A stretch of DNA of 64,000 bases, from contig CM052817.1 in NCBI GenBank assembly GCA_028534125.1, positions 101,868,001 to 101,932,000 of the forward strand, read 5' to 3'. Positions 1 to 12,455 of the stretch are shown here, piece after piece (the first letter of the stretch is position 1; each line of letters starts with the position of its first letter). The translations under genes were made by a program, and so were the position numbers. Origin of the DNA: Lama glama (lineage: Eukaryota). The notes under the pieces were generated by a model, which was given only the letters and a program-made list of their open reading frames with translations, ran no database searches and was not told the origin of the DNA.

Positions 1-258
1 GATGATGACCTTGCTGCCTTGCTCACTGAATAAATGAAAGCAACTAGAAGAGAACTTCTGTATGCTCCCCACCACACTCACCCACCCACCCACCTATATC
101 TATATCAAGGTACTCTGCTTTCTCTCTTTTTATAATGGATGAATCATCCATGTTCTGTCTTCAGCCCACTCCTCCCTTTATGCACCATATCCCATTCTTC
201 TTTGTCTACTTAAGGACATGGTTTTAGTGATTATCTCTGGCATCTTTCTCATCAGCCT

Positions 259-747
259 TGTTATGGGCTGAGTTGTGTACTCCCCCAATTCATTTGTGAA
301 GTTCTAAACCCCAGGATCTCAGAATGTGGCTGGAGATAAAGTCACTAAAGAGGTAATTAAGTTAAAATGAGGTCATTAGGGTGTGCCCTAATCCAATATG
401 ATTGGGGTCCTTTTACAGATAGGAGATTAAGATACAGATATGCACAAAAAAAAGACGATGTGAAGACACAAGGAGTGGGGAGGGTATAGCTCAGTGGTAG
501 AGCACATGCTTAACACATTCGAGGTCCTGGGTTCAATCCCCACTACCTCCATTAAATAAAAAATTTTAAAAAAAAAGACACAACGAGAAAATGGCCATCT
601 TCAAACCAAGTAGAGTGACCTCAGAGGAAACCAACCTTACTGACATTGTAGAATCCTAGCTTCCAGAACTGTGATAAAATAAATTTCTGTTGTTTGAGCC
701 TCCTAGTCTGTGGTACTTTGTGATGGCAGTCCTAGCAAGCAGATACA
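259..747 (+). mobile_element. MLT1A/B-type MaLR solo LTR
   Basis: TGTTATGGGCTGA...AGATACA termini, MLT1 motifs (GTTAAAATGAGGTCATTAGGGTG, CTTCCAGAACTGTGA, AAATAAATTTCTGTTGTTT), and a 5-bp TSD AGCCT/AGCTT. Confidence 0.85.
476..574 (+). mobile_element. Vic-1-type tRNA-derived SINE inserted in the MLT1
   Basis: GGGGAGGGTATAGCTCAGTGGTAGAGCACATGCTT...GAGGTCCTGGGTTCAATCCCC followed by an A-rich tail. TSD AAGACACAA(G/C)GAG at 463-475 and 575-587. Confidence 0.9.
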
Positions 748-2444
748 AGCTTACAAACATGCTATAGTTTCTCTCACCTTAAATAGCCCTACCTTTTCTT
801 GATTCCTCATCTCTCTTCAGCTACTTCTTCATTCCTTTGTTCCTTTACTGAAAAACGGAGCTTTCTGCTGTAGCTCTCCACTTCCTCTCCTCTCAGTTTC
901 TTTTCTACCTCGTTTTCTGATCTCTATGCACTGTCCCAGGGCTTAGTCCTAGAGCCTCTTTGATTTTCTCTCCTTACTTATTCTTTATGTGAATTCATTA
1001 CAGTCTCATGGTCCTTAGACACCATCTATAAGCTAGCAACAGCTCAATCCATCTCTCCAAATATATCCAGAATCTGCCCAGTTCTTACCACTTCTATAAC
1101 CACCACTCCAGTCCAATCTTCCAACTTCTCTCATCAGAATTATTGCAATTGCTGCCTAAATTTCGTGCTTCTCTCTTGCCTTTGCCATGGCCTACCACCT
1201 TCATTTTAACCTCAATATAGCAAATAGGTTGATCCCTTAAAAATATGTCAAATCCTATAACTTTGCCTTAGATATCTCCAATGGCTCCTATCTAACTCAG
1301 AACAAAAACCAGTCTTTTAGGCTGTAGAATCTGCTCCCCCACCCCCTGAATTCATTGCCTCCCTGAGCACATCACTTTCCTTACTCCATCATCACTTGTT
1401 CAGCTCCAGCCATGCTGTTTTTCTTACAGTTTCTTAAGGATATTGGGCGCTGTTTTACCTTGGCGTCTTTGCACCTGCTAACCTCTCTATCTAGAACGCA
1501 CTTCCCTTGAGAGATAGCACTTATATTGTGCTCACAATGGGCCAAATCTATTCCAAATAGACTTGCAGCTATGAAAATACTTCTCGGATATGAACGCACC
1601 TCATCCGCATGTCCTCCTTTCAGATCTCTGCTCATTCTTCTCCTTGCCTGAAAGGTCCTTTCTGACTCCTTACATAGAAAAGTAACTCCCTCCCTGTCTG
1701 CCTCCCTCATCTCCCTATTCTCTACACTTCATTTCTACCCATAGCTCTTATCATTATCAGTCATGAAATATATTTACTTGTTTGTTTCCTTATATGTTTT
1801 TCTTCATTAAGTATCTGTAAACTTCCTGAGGCCAGGAACTTTATGAGTTTACTAGCTTGTTGAATCACTGACTGACTAACTGAATTTTATACTTGATGCC
1901 ACGTACAAATCAACCTGTGATCTGCAATCCATTAACAAGGTCTCCTGGCTCTCTTTGGTGACCCTAGCATTGCATGTGCCTGCCAGCTCCTGTAGGTATG
2001 AAAGAGACCAGAGGGGGCTTTTGAAAAACATTGAAGTCACTGCTCTCAGAGAACTTTTTTGTCAGGTTGCTGAAAGTGTTCTCATACACATGACATAACA
2101 CCATAATTTTGCTGGGTGCAGTTAGGGATGGATTTTAGAGAGCTGACCCAGTCAGGACAAATTCTGTAAGGAAGAGTATTTTGATCCTGGTCTTGAAGGA
2201 TTTAGTAGAAGCTCAGTTTGAGCAGGGACACAGAGGTGGGAGAAAGGCCAAGGTTTCAAGAGCGTACCTTTTTAAATGTTTGGGTATGTCACATATACAT
2301 TTAACCTCTCTTTGGTCCTACTACACAGATAAAGAATACACACATACACATGTTTACAAAACAACCTACTAGTTTGTTCAATGTTTTGTAACTTTTAAAA
2401 GCTAACAATAGATTAATACCACCTTTCTGAGATAAATCACATCC

Positions 2445-2740
2445 AATCTCACTGAATTTGTTTCCTCAGCTGTAAAATAAGCATAATGACACCTGCTCCA
2501 TCAGGTTGGTAGAAGAGTTAGTACAACTGGTTGGGTTCAAGTTCTGGCTCTGCTACTTTCTAGCTATGTGACCTTGGGCAAGAAATGTAGTTTCTCTAGG
2601 CCTCAGGTTCCTCATATGTGAAATGGGGGTAATAGTAATCAGTTCCTAATAGAATTGTTTGAAGAATTGAATGAATGAATAGGTGTGAGGTACTAGAGCA
2701 GAGGCAAAGTCAGGGCTCTGTAAAGGTTGACTATCATTAT
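2445..2740 (+). mobile_element. MIR SINE fragments
   Basis: MIR core CTAGCTATGTGACCTTGGGCAAG...GCCTCAGGTTCCTCATATGTGAAATGGGGGTAATA. Confidence 0.8.
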
Positions 2741-3848
2741 TTTTAGGTGAGGATTAGCTATGATAATGCTTGTGAAAGTGATTTATCACATTGCACAAAT
2801 GGAGGAGGAGTTTCAAATGTGTATGTGTGGGTGTGTGCCTTTTTTGGTCCTTGCCACAGCATTGAATAGTGGTAAAAAGATAATAATAATAATAAATAAT
2901 AATAATAATATCTGCTTTATTGTGTAGTTTTGTGGCATAAATGCAACAATACGCACAAAGTGCTTTTTCCATTGACTTGACATAGTAAGCACTTAATGAA
3001 TGTTAGCAATTATTATTAGCTCTTATGTGTGATGGATTCAAGTAACTGAGGCCGCAGTATACCAGCACTATTAATTCTCCAAGTTTTACATCACAGTCTG
3101 ACTTGTGTGTCCCTTTTGGCTAGTAAAGTGGATGGTTAGAAGCTGGGTAATAAGTCCCAGCCTTGGATTTAGCTTATTCTGCCTCATAACATGCAAACAC
3201 TTAATACTAATCTGGATTTTTCCCACCCTGGCTAATCATTGCTTCTCAAAAATGCTGACCAAATCTGAAAATAATCTTCAGATCTGCCATTAATTTAAGA
3301 AGTAATGCTTTCCAGTGTGGCTAGCTTTCTCAAACCATTCTCCCAATGAATTACATTCATTACTGTGGTGGGTATTCATTTTTGTTAAATTAATCTTTTA
3401 AGAGTGAGTAATAACCATAAGAGCTGGAATATTTTTCCTTTCTGACTGGGGATGCAGTTTAGAAATTCCCATGGCCTGATGAGAATAGCAGCGTTCTGCG
3501 GAACCGTCATGGGGCACAATGAGAGGTGTCATCACTGCTGCCTTTAAAGCAGTCGTGGTGATACTCGATGTGCTGTCCTGCCGTGTCACTGGTTACACAG
3601 GCTCTCCAGATGCTTCACTGAATCAGAGGATAACATTTACCTGCTAACTGGCTCTCATTTGGTCTTTCCTCCGAGATTGGTTAAAAGCTAAATTGTACTA
3701 TGTGTGTGTGTTTGATGACAAATCAGCTTAATCCAAAAATGTCATTTACCACATATGCCACATAAAACAGCTCTGTTTCTAGAACTATACATTAGTACCT
3801 AAACTCATGTGTTTTCCATAGAGACACATCTCTAGCAAATATGTTTAC

Positions 3849-3982
3849 TTTTTTATTGAAGGATAGTCAGTTTACAATGTTGTATTAATTTTTGGTATAC
3901 AGCATAGTGTTCCATTTATACATATGTATAATTCCTTTTTATTTATTTTTTTCATTATAGGCCATGACAAGGTATTGACTAT
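3849..3982 (-). mobile_element. L1 3' terminal fragment (camelid-type)
   Basis: TTTTTTATTGAAGGATAGTCAGTTTACAATGTTGT...TACAGCATAGTG is the reverse complement of the L1 3' end seen at 19344-19724. Confidence 0.8.
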
Positions 3983-5309
3983 ACCTTTTATAGGCAGGAT
4001 ATTTGATTGAAATATTAAATTGTGTTTTATTTCTGTGACTCTAGGCTTTTGCTTTTGCCTCCGTCATGTACCCAGGCATTTATGCTCCCTTAGCTCAGGG
4101 GCTTTGGGGCTACAGATGAAAAGGAGAGATTGCCAGGTGTCCACAAGGCAACTGCCTGTCTTGTCTTTGGCTTCTAAAAGCCCAGGCTCATTGAGAGAAA
4201 TGATACTGGGTTTTCAGTGAAGGAGAATATGGAGGGGAGTGTTTTGAGAGGTGGAAGCCATCGTCAGGGAAACCTGAGGGAGATTAGAGTCCCTGAGATG
4301 AGAGAGGATATGGATGGGCGAGGGTGTCTGTTTGTACAGTGACCCCTCTGTGGGTGATTGGGCGATGGATAAAGACCCCATTATGCGCTCTTCAACCTTG
4401 AAAACAGCAGTGAGGCTCTCTGAGGACCAGCGCCCACTGAGAGGGCGTCTCTGCGTTTCCTGGGAGTCCAGTGGCGTCAGCTAGGAGAAAGGACAGCAGG
4501 AATGGTGGCAGTGTCAAAACTGACACCTCACTCAGTCTCCTGGCAGTGGGAGAGCCCCAGGCTGGAGCAGGACTCCTTTGGGGATTGGGGAGGGATTTGC
4601 AATACCCACAACAGTTTGCCACTGACTTCGCTGAGTGAGAGGTCACAGCAGATTTATTGATTTAGAAAAATAATAGAATCTGAAATTCCTGTATCCGAGT
4701 GTTGTGAGAGGAAATCCATGCCTATTGCATTAATGAGCCCATAAAAGGAAGGTGGTAACAGTGAGCATATCCCCGCAGGTACCATGAAGTGTTGCGGCGT
4801 GGGTCAAGCGAGGTGCTCACTGTGGAACGCGTCCCGGGATGTGTACAGCAAGCCTGGCCCTCTCCAAGAGGGAGGATCTAGCCGTCTTTGTGTGACACTG
4901 TGCAGAAGAAAGCCTCTTAAATGACCCCCAAACCAGGAGAGCTCTTACCCACCATGAGTTCTCTCCTGTGAGGGGAGAGGCATGGAGAGAGGCACATTTT
5001 TTAAAGCGACAGTGACGACTGGGCAGTGCTCTTAGGTCAATCTTGAAGCGTTTGCTTTAAGGACCTATTTCTTACTCCAGACTCTGGAAACACAAGCTTA
5101 CTTTTGTCTCCATAGGTCACCAGAAACAGACGGAACTTGCAGGCGTGAGGAGAAAGTGCAACATTCACTGGACAAACCTGAATATCATTTAAAAATAGAG
5201 ATTAAAAAGTAAAGGACACTTCCTACCTTATCAGCATCCATTTAAACTGCAGGTAAACTGATCTAAAACCTTTGCTGCCAGGGATCCGATCCTGGCTTTG
5301 TTTTAAAAA

Positions 5310-5715
5310 AAAGTATCATGAACCCTTTTGGCAGCCTGGTGAAGCTTGTGGACTCTTTCTCAGAATGACATTTTAAAGCACATAAATTAAAAAAGAAACA
5401 AATCACATTGAAACAGAATTATCAAGGCATTAAGAAGACACTATTGGGCTGTGTTAATGTTTTTGCTTCACAGATATCAGATACTAGTATGTAGCAACAG
5501 GTCTAACAATTAACATAGTTTTGAAGTAGTGGTGAGCAAAAGGTAAATTTTGAGAAATATGAAAATATCTGTGCTTTTGTTTGATGAGCAAGTCAAAAGA
5601 ACTCTACTAATGGAAGAAAATATTCATTTTTTGTTAGAAATGAGTGAAAATAAAGATTAATTTTCCCCACTCAAATTTGTCCATGTCCCAAATTCTATCA
5701 GATTAAGAAGCTTCT
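5310..5715. mobile_element. hAT-Charlie-type DNA transposon remnant
   Basis: CATGAACCCTTTTGGCAGCCTGGTGAAGC...TCTCAGAATG resembles recalled Charlie4-like consensus. Boundaries approximate. Confidence 0.5.
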
Positions 5716-7483
5716 GGTACATTTGGATGAAGATAGATAAATCTATTATGATGTGCGTGTGGGGGGGGGTGTGGGTATGGGAGGTTTGTTCTAATTTAGA
5801 CAAAATTTATGTTTTCTTCTCTGGCTGGACTATTTGTTTGCTACCTCCTGTGAGCTTTTTGTTTGTATTTTTACTTAGAAGATTTTTGTATTCTTTCTAA
5901 ATAAAAACATAGGCTATAAAATACCTCTTTGAGAAGATTTTAGAGAGTGTGTTATGTTATACGAAAAGAAACTTCTCTGAGTCTAGAGATGCTTCAAGCT
6001 TTTTCCCAGGGCCATTGGATTTGGCGACAACATCAGTCACTCCGGAGTCAGAAGAAATGGAAGCAGTGATCCAGAACAAAAGGGAAAAGAAATTGTCAAA
6101 GGCTTCTGCCTGGGAGAAGGAAAGGGGGTCAAGGGTCGGGCTGCCAAGAGAGATAAGACCTCAGCCTTCTGACTTATTCTTGTCCTTGCGGAGAGGGTTG
6201 GATCTCTTCTGAGGGGACGGTGGTTTCATAATCAGAGCGAGCAGCATCACTGGCAAGCTGAAATATTGCTTTCAGAAGATTTGTTTCTCCAAGGGAGAAC
6301 TGAATGTCTCTTACTGTGCTCTTTGAAGTTCCTTTGAGTTGTGGCCCTGTTTATTATTTTGCACAAAGACCAAACATCATGGACTTAGCTATTTTCCATG
6401 ACGGGAATAGAACTCCACCATCAACAGCGGGAGATTGTCTAAGCTTTGCAGCTGTGCTTGCGCAGCACGAGCCCTCTGCTTGGACACCTGTCTGAAGTGC
6501 ATTTCTGTGCACTGTTGGTTTCTCCTTCTTTCACATCCACCCACCCACCCACTTACACAGAGAAATACACAGACCTCATCCATTGTCTGTTACACGTATG
6601 TTCTATTATTTTTGTCCATTACACCTGAATGTCATATTTTTCAGTTAGTGGAAATGGTTCTGGAAAAAAGCAAATGTCAGATATTTTTACATGACCAATG
6701 CTGTTTTAGGGCAAAGCAAAAGCATGATTACATGGTGCCCGATGTGGCTGAAACACAAAATGACAATAAGTGTGCAGTAGACACAAGCATGGTAACCCCA
6801 CAGTATGTAGCACCAGGGAGATGAAGCTTTTAAATGTCTCACTAGTACAAGCTGGAGCCAGACACAGAAGTGAAATAAGGGGTTTATGTTCAGCTTAGAT
6901 TCTAAGTAGCACTTCTCTTCCCAAGTACTCTGGACTGTTCCCTATTGTGACATTTAAGCTGTTGATTCCAAGCATTCTGATTTCAAGCATAAACATCATT
7001 CAGTGTATCCAACAAGCTTGTGGCCAGAGGAACCTCCTTCCAATAAAGACCTTGGAAGTAAGGATACAGGCGGAGCCATGGGCGCCTCATGTTAGAGACA
7101 CTTAGCAGTGGGTTCAGGGTCATGGAAACGAGAGATAGGCGCTTGGTCCTTGAAGATTCTTCCCTGACAAGATCTGTGTTATCAAGTCTCAGGTCTGCCA
7201 TTCTCTCCCCTTTTCTAGAAAATCCCTTTCAGATGAAAAGTCAGCTTTAAAAGATCTATTACAGACCCGTCTCTCAAGACATTTTATTTTGCAGAGAATA
7301 AACTGCTGGGCAGCAAATCTAACTTCATTCATTTGATCTTCAAGTTCTGCATTCTGGAGATTTACTGTCCTTGCATTTTTTAAGAAGTCTGGAAATTCCA
7401 TTTTTCTCCTACTAATTGGGATTGTGGGAAACAGAAGCCTCCTTCCTCTTTAATTTACCTTTCTTCTCTTTGGATATCTGGAT

Positions 7484-7528
7484 ATTTTATTTTATTTTAT
7501 TTTATTTTATTTTATTTATTTTATTTTA
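7484..7528. repeat. (ATTTT)n microsatellite
   Basis: Read directly from the sequence. Confidence 0.95.
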
Positions 7529-8564
7529 ATGACTACTGGCTTTAACCACAGGATCAACTGCTTGTATTAGTCATTCATTTGGAAACAGTCCAGTGGGAAC
7601 CTGAAATCAAATCATCAAGGTGACTGGGAAAGTAGAGATTAAACTAGCTTGTGTTTCCTTCCTAAATAGACTCAACACGACTTTGAATCATAGATCTTTG
7701 CCTCATTTAACCCTCTGAGGGTTAAATTTTGCTGGAAAATGAGCTAATAGTAAACTAGAACCAGAGTTTCCTATATTGGACTTATTGTCCAAATGGCGAC
7801 GGGAGGAAAAGAGAATTTTCTGATTCACAAAAAGGGGCCCACTGTTTAAAGACTTCCAAGTAGCATTTTCCCAGACACGATCTCAACAATAGTCATTCTT
7901 TGGGGGCAAAATAGGTTGAATACCGAGGATTACTCACCCCACTCTGGGGATAGGAAAGCTACGGCTGAGGTAGAGACAGCACGTAGCTGGACAGCTTGGG
8001 GCTCTGAGGTGCTCACAATGGGACACAGACTCTCCACCCTGGGCTCAGCTCCGCGCACGTCTGTTACATTGTAAGATGTCCTTTCACTTGATTTAAAAAA
8101 AAAAAAAGCAGGTCACGCTCTTCTAAAGAAGACCTTGTGGTTCACATTTGGGTGACTGTGTGACCGCTTCTGAGCAGGCTGTGCTCAGGGTCCCTTGCCA
8201 TGATGGCCAGTTTAGTTTTTATTAAGCCACTTAGTGGTGGTGTTGGAAAGACAACAACAACAACAAAAGTCTAAGTATGGTATGGTGGTTATTTGGGACA
8301 GTTAAGCACCTAAAAAAGCCTAATGTTGCTGCTGCAGGATGAGGCTGGTCGTGGTCACTTCACGCTCGTGCTGACACAGCCTGGATACGCCTCGGGGGGA
8401 CTTTAAAGCTTTTCTCCTCATATGTTAAATCACACACCTCTTTTCCCATTTATCGTTCAAAACCGTTTTCACTTCCTGGCCTAACTTATGTTTTTAACTA
8501 AGTTACATTTTGGGGGGCAATGAAGTCGGATGGTCACAGGAGGGCCTTCTTTTTACTATCTTTA

Positions 8565-9080
8565 AAAACAAGTAAGATTTTTAAAATTTTTATGATAAAA
8601 GTGACACCTGATCATTGTATAGGAAATTCAGAGTTAACGTTTTGAACATATATACATATATGTCTTTAGGTTCTAGGTTTTAAAATAAGTTTTTATGATC
8701 ATACTATGTATACTATTTTAGACACCTTTTCATAGGATAATCTATAGTGAACATTTTCTCATTATCTTTAAATAATAGTCTACAAAATGATATTGAAAAA
8801 CCACATCGTATTTTATTGTATGTAATTTCCATAATTTAGATAATACTCACTTTTTGGACATTTATGTAGGGTCTAAGTTTTCACTGTCATAAACAATGCT
8901 CTTATGAACATATCTATAGGCAGATCTTTGAGTGCATCCATGCTGATTTCTTTAGAATGAGTTCCTAGAAGTAAAAATTCTGAACCAGAGAACACGAACA
9001 TGGTTAAGACTTTTCATGTGTATTGTCAAATCACCTTCCGGAAAAAAAACGCACCCAGTTACGTTCCACCACCACATACT
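8565..9080 (-). mobile_element. Old L1M fragment
   Basis: Antisense L1 ORF2-end/3'UTR motifs (TCATAAACAATGCT, TTCCTAGAAGTAAAAATTCTG, TATTGTCAAAT). Degraded. Confidence 0.6.
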
Positions 9081-10849
9081 CCTGGCTTTTTCTTTATTTT
9101 GCCTCCAACTGGTTTACAGCATCTCCCTTTTGACTTGATGCTGCTTCACAAAACTTGCAAACCTAGGCTTTCAAATGAAGTGATATATTTTCCCTGCTTT
9201 TTCCTGAATGCAGATATGTCCTCAGAATCGTCCTTAACACGGAATTTTAGGCATAAAAAGCTAAATGATTAGAATGGTCCCACAAGTGGAAACCTGTTTG
9301 CCGTCACTGCTTTCTGGCTGAAATAAGGCAGCAGATGGAGACCAGTCAGCCGGTGGTATCACAGGTCACTCTCCACCGTTGAGACTTAGTGGTGCAGAGG
9401 ACAGGACAGGACTGGAGCAGGAGGCCAGCTTTTGTGGTTTTGTGCATACGGAGAAATCAGATCTATTACCAAGGAGAAGGTCTCCGAGCATTGATTGTGG
9501 TCTTCCATTCAGATTGCAGGTTTGGCTACAGCATGAGGATCTGTGGGAGGCAGAGATAAAACTAGACAGATTCCTCAAGGATTAGGTCACCAAAGAGGAC
9601 CCCATTAAGGAATCCTCCCACTCTGTTAGCTAATAGAACACTTACCCAGCCTAAGACGGCAGTGATTTTTAAAATCCAGGTTAAGCCGCTGTATCTTTTC
9701 CCATGTCGGAATTTGCTGTTACAACTTGTCCAGAGGTCTTATTTAGGGGCTGCTGGGAGAACCACAAGCTGTTTGTGGTTGTGAGTGATCAGTTCTGGGC
9801 CAGTGGCAAAGGTTGGCAATTCAGACACAAGCCCTTACGGGTGCTGCCTGAGTAAGTATCTCCTGGCTGGTGCTTTCTCCTCTCCTGGCTGCTGACCAAT
9901 CGCCTGGAGAACCAGACCTTTTAACCTCCGCCTCTCTGCCTTGCTCCCTCTGTCACTGCTGAGCGTGACCCCGTGGGACAGCTTCTCGGGGGCAGGCCTG
10001 AGTGTCTGCAAACAGGAAGGGGGTGGGGAGCTGAGGGCCTGCTGGTGATTTAGAACAAAACCAACCTACTTTGAAAATCAGTTTTTAACTGCCTTAGCTC
10101 TCATTTGGTAAAGCATTTCTCAACAGAGTTTTCTTTATTGTGGCAATGAAATGTTTCTTCTGCCAGCATTAAAAAAATCCTTTTAATTTGAGTGGTTTGC
10201 CTCTTTTTTTCTTAAAAAAAAAATCTGTGCTCACAATAATTTAAAAAAAAAAAACAAACAGAACCTTGATGCTTTGGACCTTCTTCAGATAGTCTGCTGG
10301 CAGGCTTATAAAAGGCTTTTTTAATTGTAAAATATGTCAGGAAGCAGAGAATGTTTTTATTCCCAATTCAAATTGTCTTCTTGAGAGAAAGCATGGTTTC
10401 CCAGATGACCTTTTACCTTCCACTTTCCCATTAACCCTCTGGCAGAAGCCTTGCCTCTGCTCGCTGCTGTCCCCCCCACTTCTCCTCCTCCCATTCCTCT
10501 TGCTCTCCTCCTGCTAACCTCACTGCCTTTCCTCTTCAGTTCTGGAAAGTTCTGCTGGTTTTCATTGTGACCTAACATGGCACTTGATAATATTACAGCT
10601 TAATCATTGAAAACAAAGATATAGTTTGCGTTCTGGGTGTGTGTGTGAATAACATTGTGGTCTCATAAGTGTGTCCCTCTCTCACTTAATCCTTTATATG
10701 AACTGAAAACTGAAATATGGGACAGAAGCAAATTTCACGTCTGATAAGTGGATCCGTTCCCTAAGACTGGACTCCTCTCGCCTCTTCAGACTAAAATGAG
10801 GCAGCTTTTAAGAGAAATGCCAGGGGTGTTATTTGACACACACTTTCTT

Positions 10850-11190
10850 TTACATCCCCAGGTCATATTTGTTTTATAACGGGAAGATTGCACCATTACC
10901 CATTCACCGTTTCACAACCCCCACCGCCAACACTGCCTCCACACCCACTTCTGACCACCACCACTCTGTTCCTTGCATGTATGAGTTCAGTTTGTTTCTA
11001 GACTCTACATATAAGTGAGATCACACAGTATTTGCCTTTCTCTGTCTGACTTACCTCACTCAGCATAACTCCCTCAAAGTTCATCCGTGTTGTCACAAAT
11101 GGCAGGATTTCCTTCTTTTCTATGGCTGAATAATATTCCATTGTATTACACAGCACATAGTCTTTATCCATTCACCCATGGTGGACACTT
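10850..11190 (-). mobile_element. L1 3'UTR fragment
   Basis: CTACATATAAGTGAGATCACACAGTATTTGCCTTTCTCTGTCTGACTTACCTCACTCAGCATAA...GGCTGAATAATATTCCATTGTA. Confidence 0.85.
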
Positions 11191-11272
11191 TGATACACAT
11201 TTTTGTATATTTTATCTTCATTCTATTTTTATCTTCTCTCCCTATCCACACACACACACGCATACACACAGA

Positions 11273-12348
11273 GGTCAGTCTGGGTCAAGGCTGGTATAAG
11301 CCAGTGTACCTCCTGCATCTCTCTCTTTCTCAGCTGAAGCAACCCATGTGTTCCAGATGTTCAATTTGGTGAAGGTCTAAGAGTCTCCAGACCAGCCCCT
11401 CTTATAGCTCTAAGTAGCACCTTTTTGTGCGTGTGTGAATTTAGATCATCGTCATGCACTGCTCTCTGTCTTTGGTTCCCATTCTTGATTCTGAGTTCAA
11501 GTTTATAGACAACTGAGGATGGAGAGAAAGGGACCATGACAATGTTCATCTGCCCTGTGTAAGATGCTCATGAATGCGTTGGCTCTGTTGGAACCAAAAG
11601 TGAGTGGGGTTGAAAGCCAGGCAGGCTTCCATGTTGATGTGGACAGGGACCATTCGCCCTGTGGGGCCAGTTTCATGAAAGGCAATGTGTGTGCTGACTG
11701 TTCTCTCTTCTACAGTCTACGTAATCAGGACCAGAAATACCCTAGGACGCAAACTCCCATGAAGCCTCATTAATTAAGAAAGGAATAGTTGGATGTTTGT
11801 TATCAGTTCAATGACATTGAGTTAAAGCGCAGCTTTGTACTATGTGCAGAAGACCGTTGGACAAGAGAACAGTGTACACAAGAAAAAACATTCATTTTTA
11901 CTTCAGACCACATTTTAAGCAGATCAGAAACATCCTTTCTTTAACAAAGACTTCATAGAATTGCAACAATTTTTCATAATCATGGCATTACAAAAACCTT
12001 GGAGTAATAAAGTCAGAATTTTTTAAGCCCATGAATAATAGCAATAATAAGGCTTCCTAAGGACAGAGTTAACAAGCGTTTATTTCAATATTCTTATTTG
12101 AGTCTCGCAATAATCTAATGGCAGAAGTTGTTGCCTCCATGAGCTAGTTGGGAGGTAAACCCTGCGGTCTCAGTAGTTTAGCGTGACAAAGGTTTCTCAC
12201 TCAGGAAAAACCTGATGGCAACTGAGCTACCCTCTCAATCTTGCACCTTCACCAAATTGAACATCTGGAACGTATGGGTTGCTTCAGCTGAGAAAGAGAG
12301 AGATGGAGGAGGTGCACTGGCTTATACCTGCCTTGACCCAGCCTGACC
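11273..12348. repeat. 104-bp inverted duplication (arms 11273-11376 and 12245-12348)
   Basis: By manual alignment, arm 1 matches the reverse complement of arm 2 at 98/104 nt with no gaps. Confidence 0.95.
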
Positions 12349-12455
12349 CAAGGCCCACGCTCTCACATTGCATTGGCTTGACTTAGTCACATGGCCTCAG
12401 CCTCACTGCAAGGAGGTGGGGAGCATATCTGGAGAGCTCCGCCATTCTCTGCCAC
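12135..12455 (-). mobile_element. Old MLT1-type LTR
   Basis: CACATTGCATTGGCTTGACTTAGTCACATGGCCTCAGCCTCACTGCAAGGAGGTGGGG is a typical old-MLT1 motif. Confidence 0.65.

Larger units (their letters stand above)
1..1870 (+). mobile_element. Old L2 LINE fragments (interrupted by an MLT1)
   Basis: Pyrimidine-rich L2-like sequence (e.g. ATATATCCAGAATCTG, CTCCAATGGCTCC, TATTTACTTGTTTGTTTCC...GTAAACTTCCTGAGGCCAGG). Boundaries approximate. Confidence 0.65.

Noticed and set aside
477..550. tRNA gene
   Set aside because: The tRNA-like head is followed by an A-rich tail and flanked by a TSD, it sits inside an LTR, and similar copies occur elsewhere in the window. It is a SINE.
5116..5251. Exon-like segment with a good acceptor (CTTTTGTCTCCATAG) and donor (CAG/GTAAAC)
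   Set aside because: All three frames contain stops and no partner exons were identified. It could be a non-coding exon, but this cannot be supported without RNA data.
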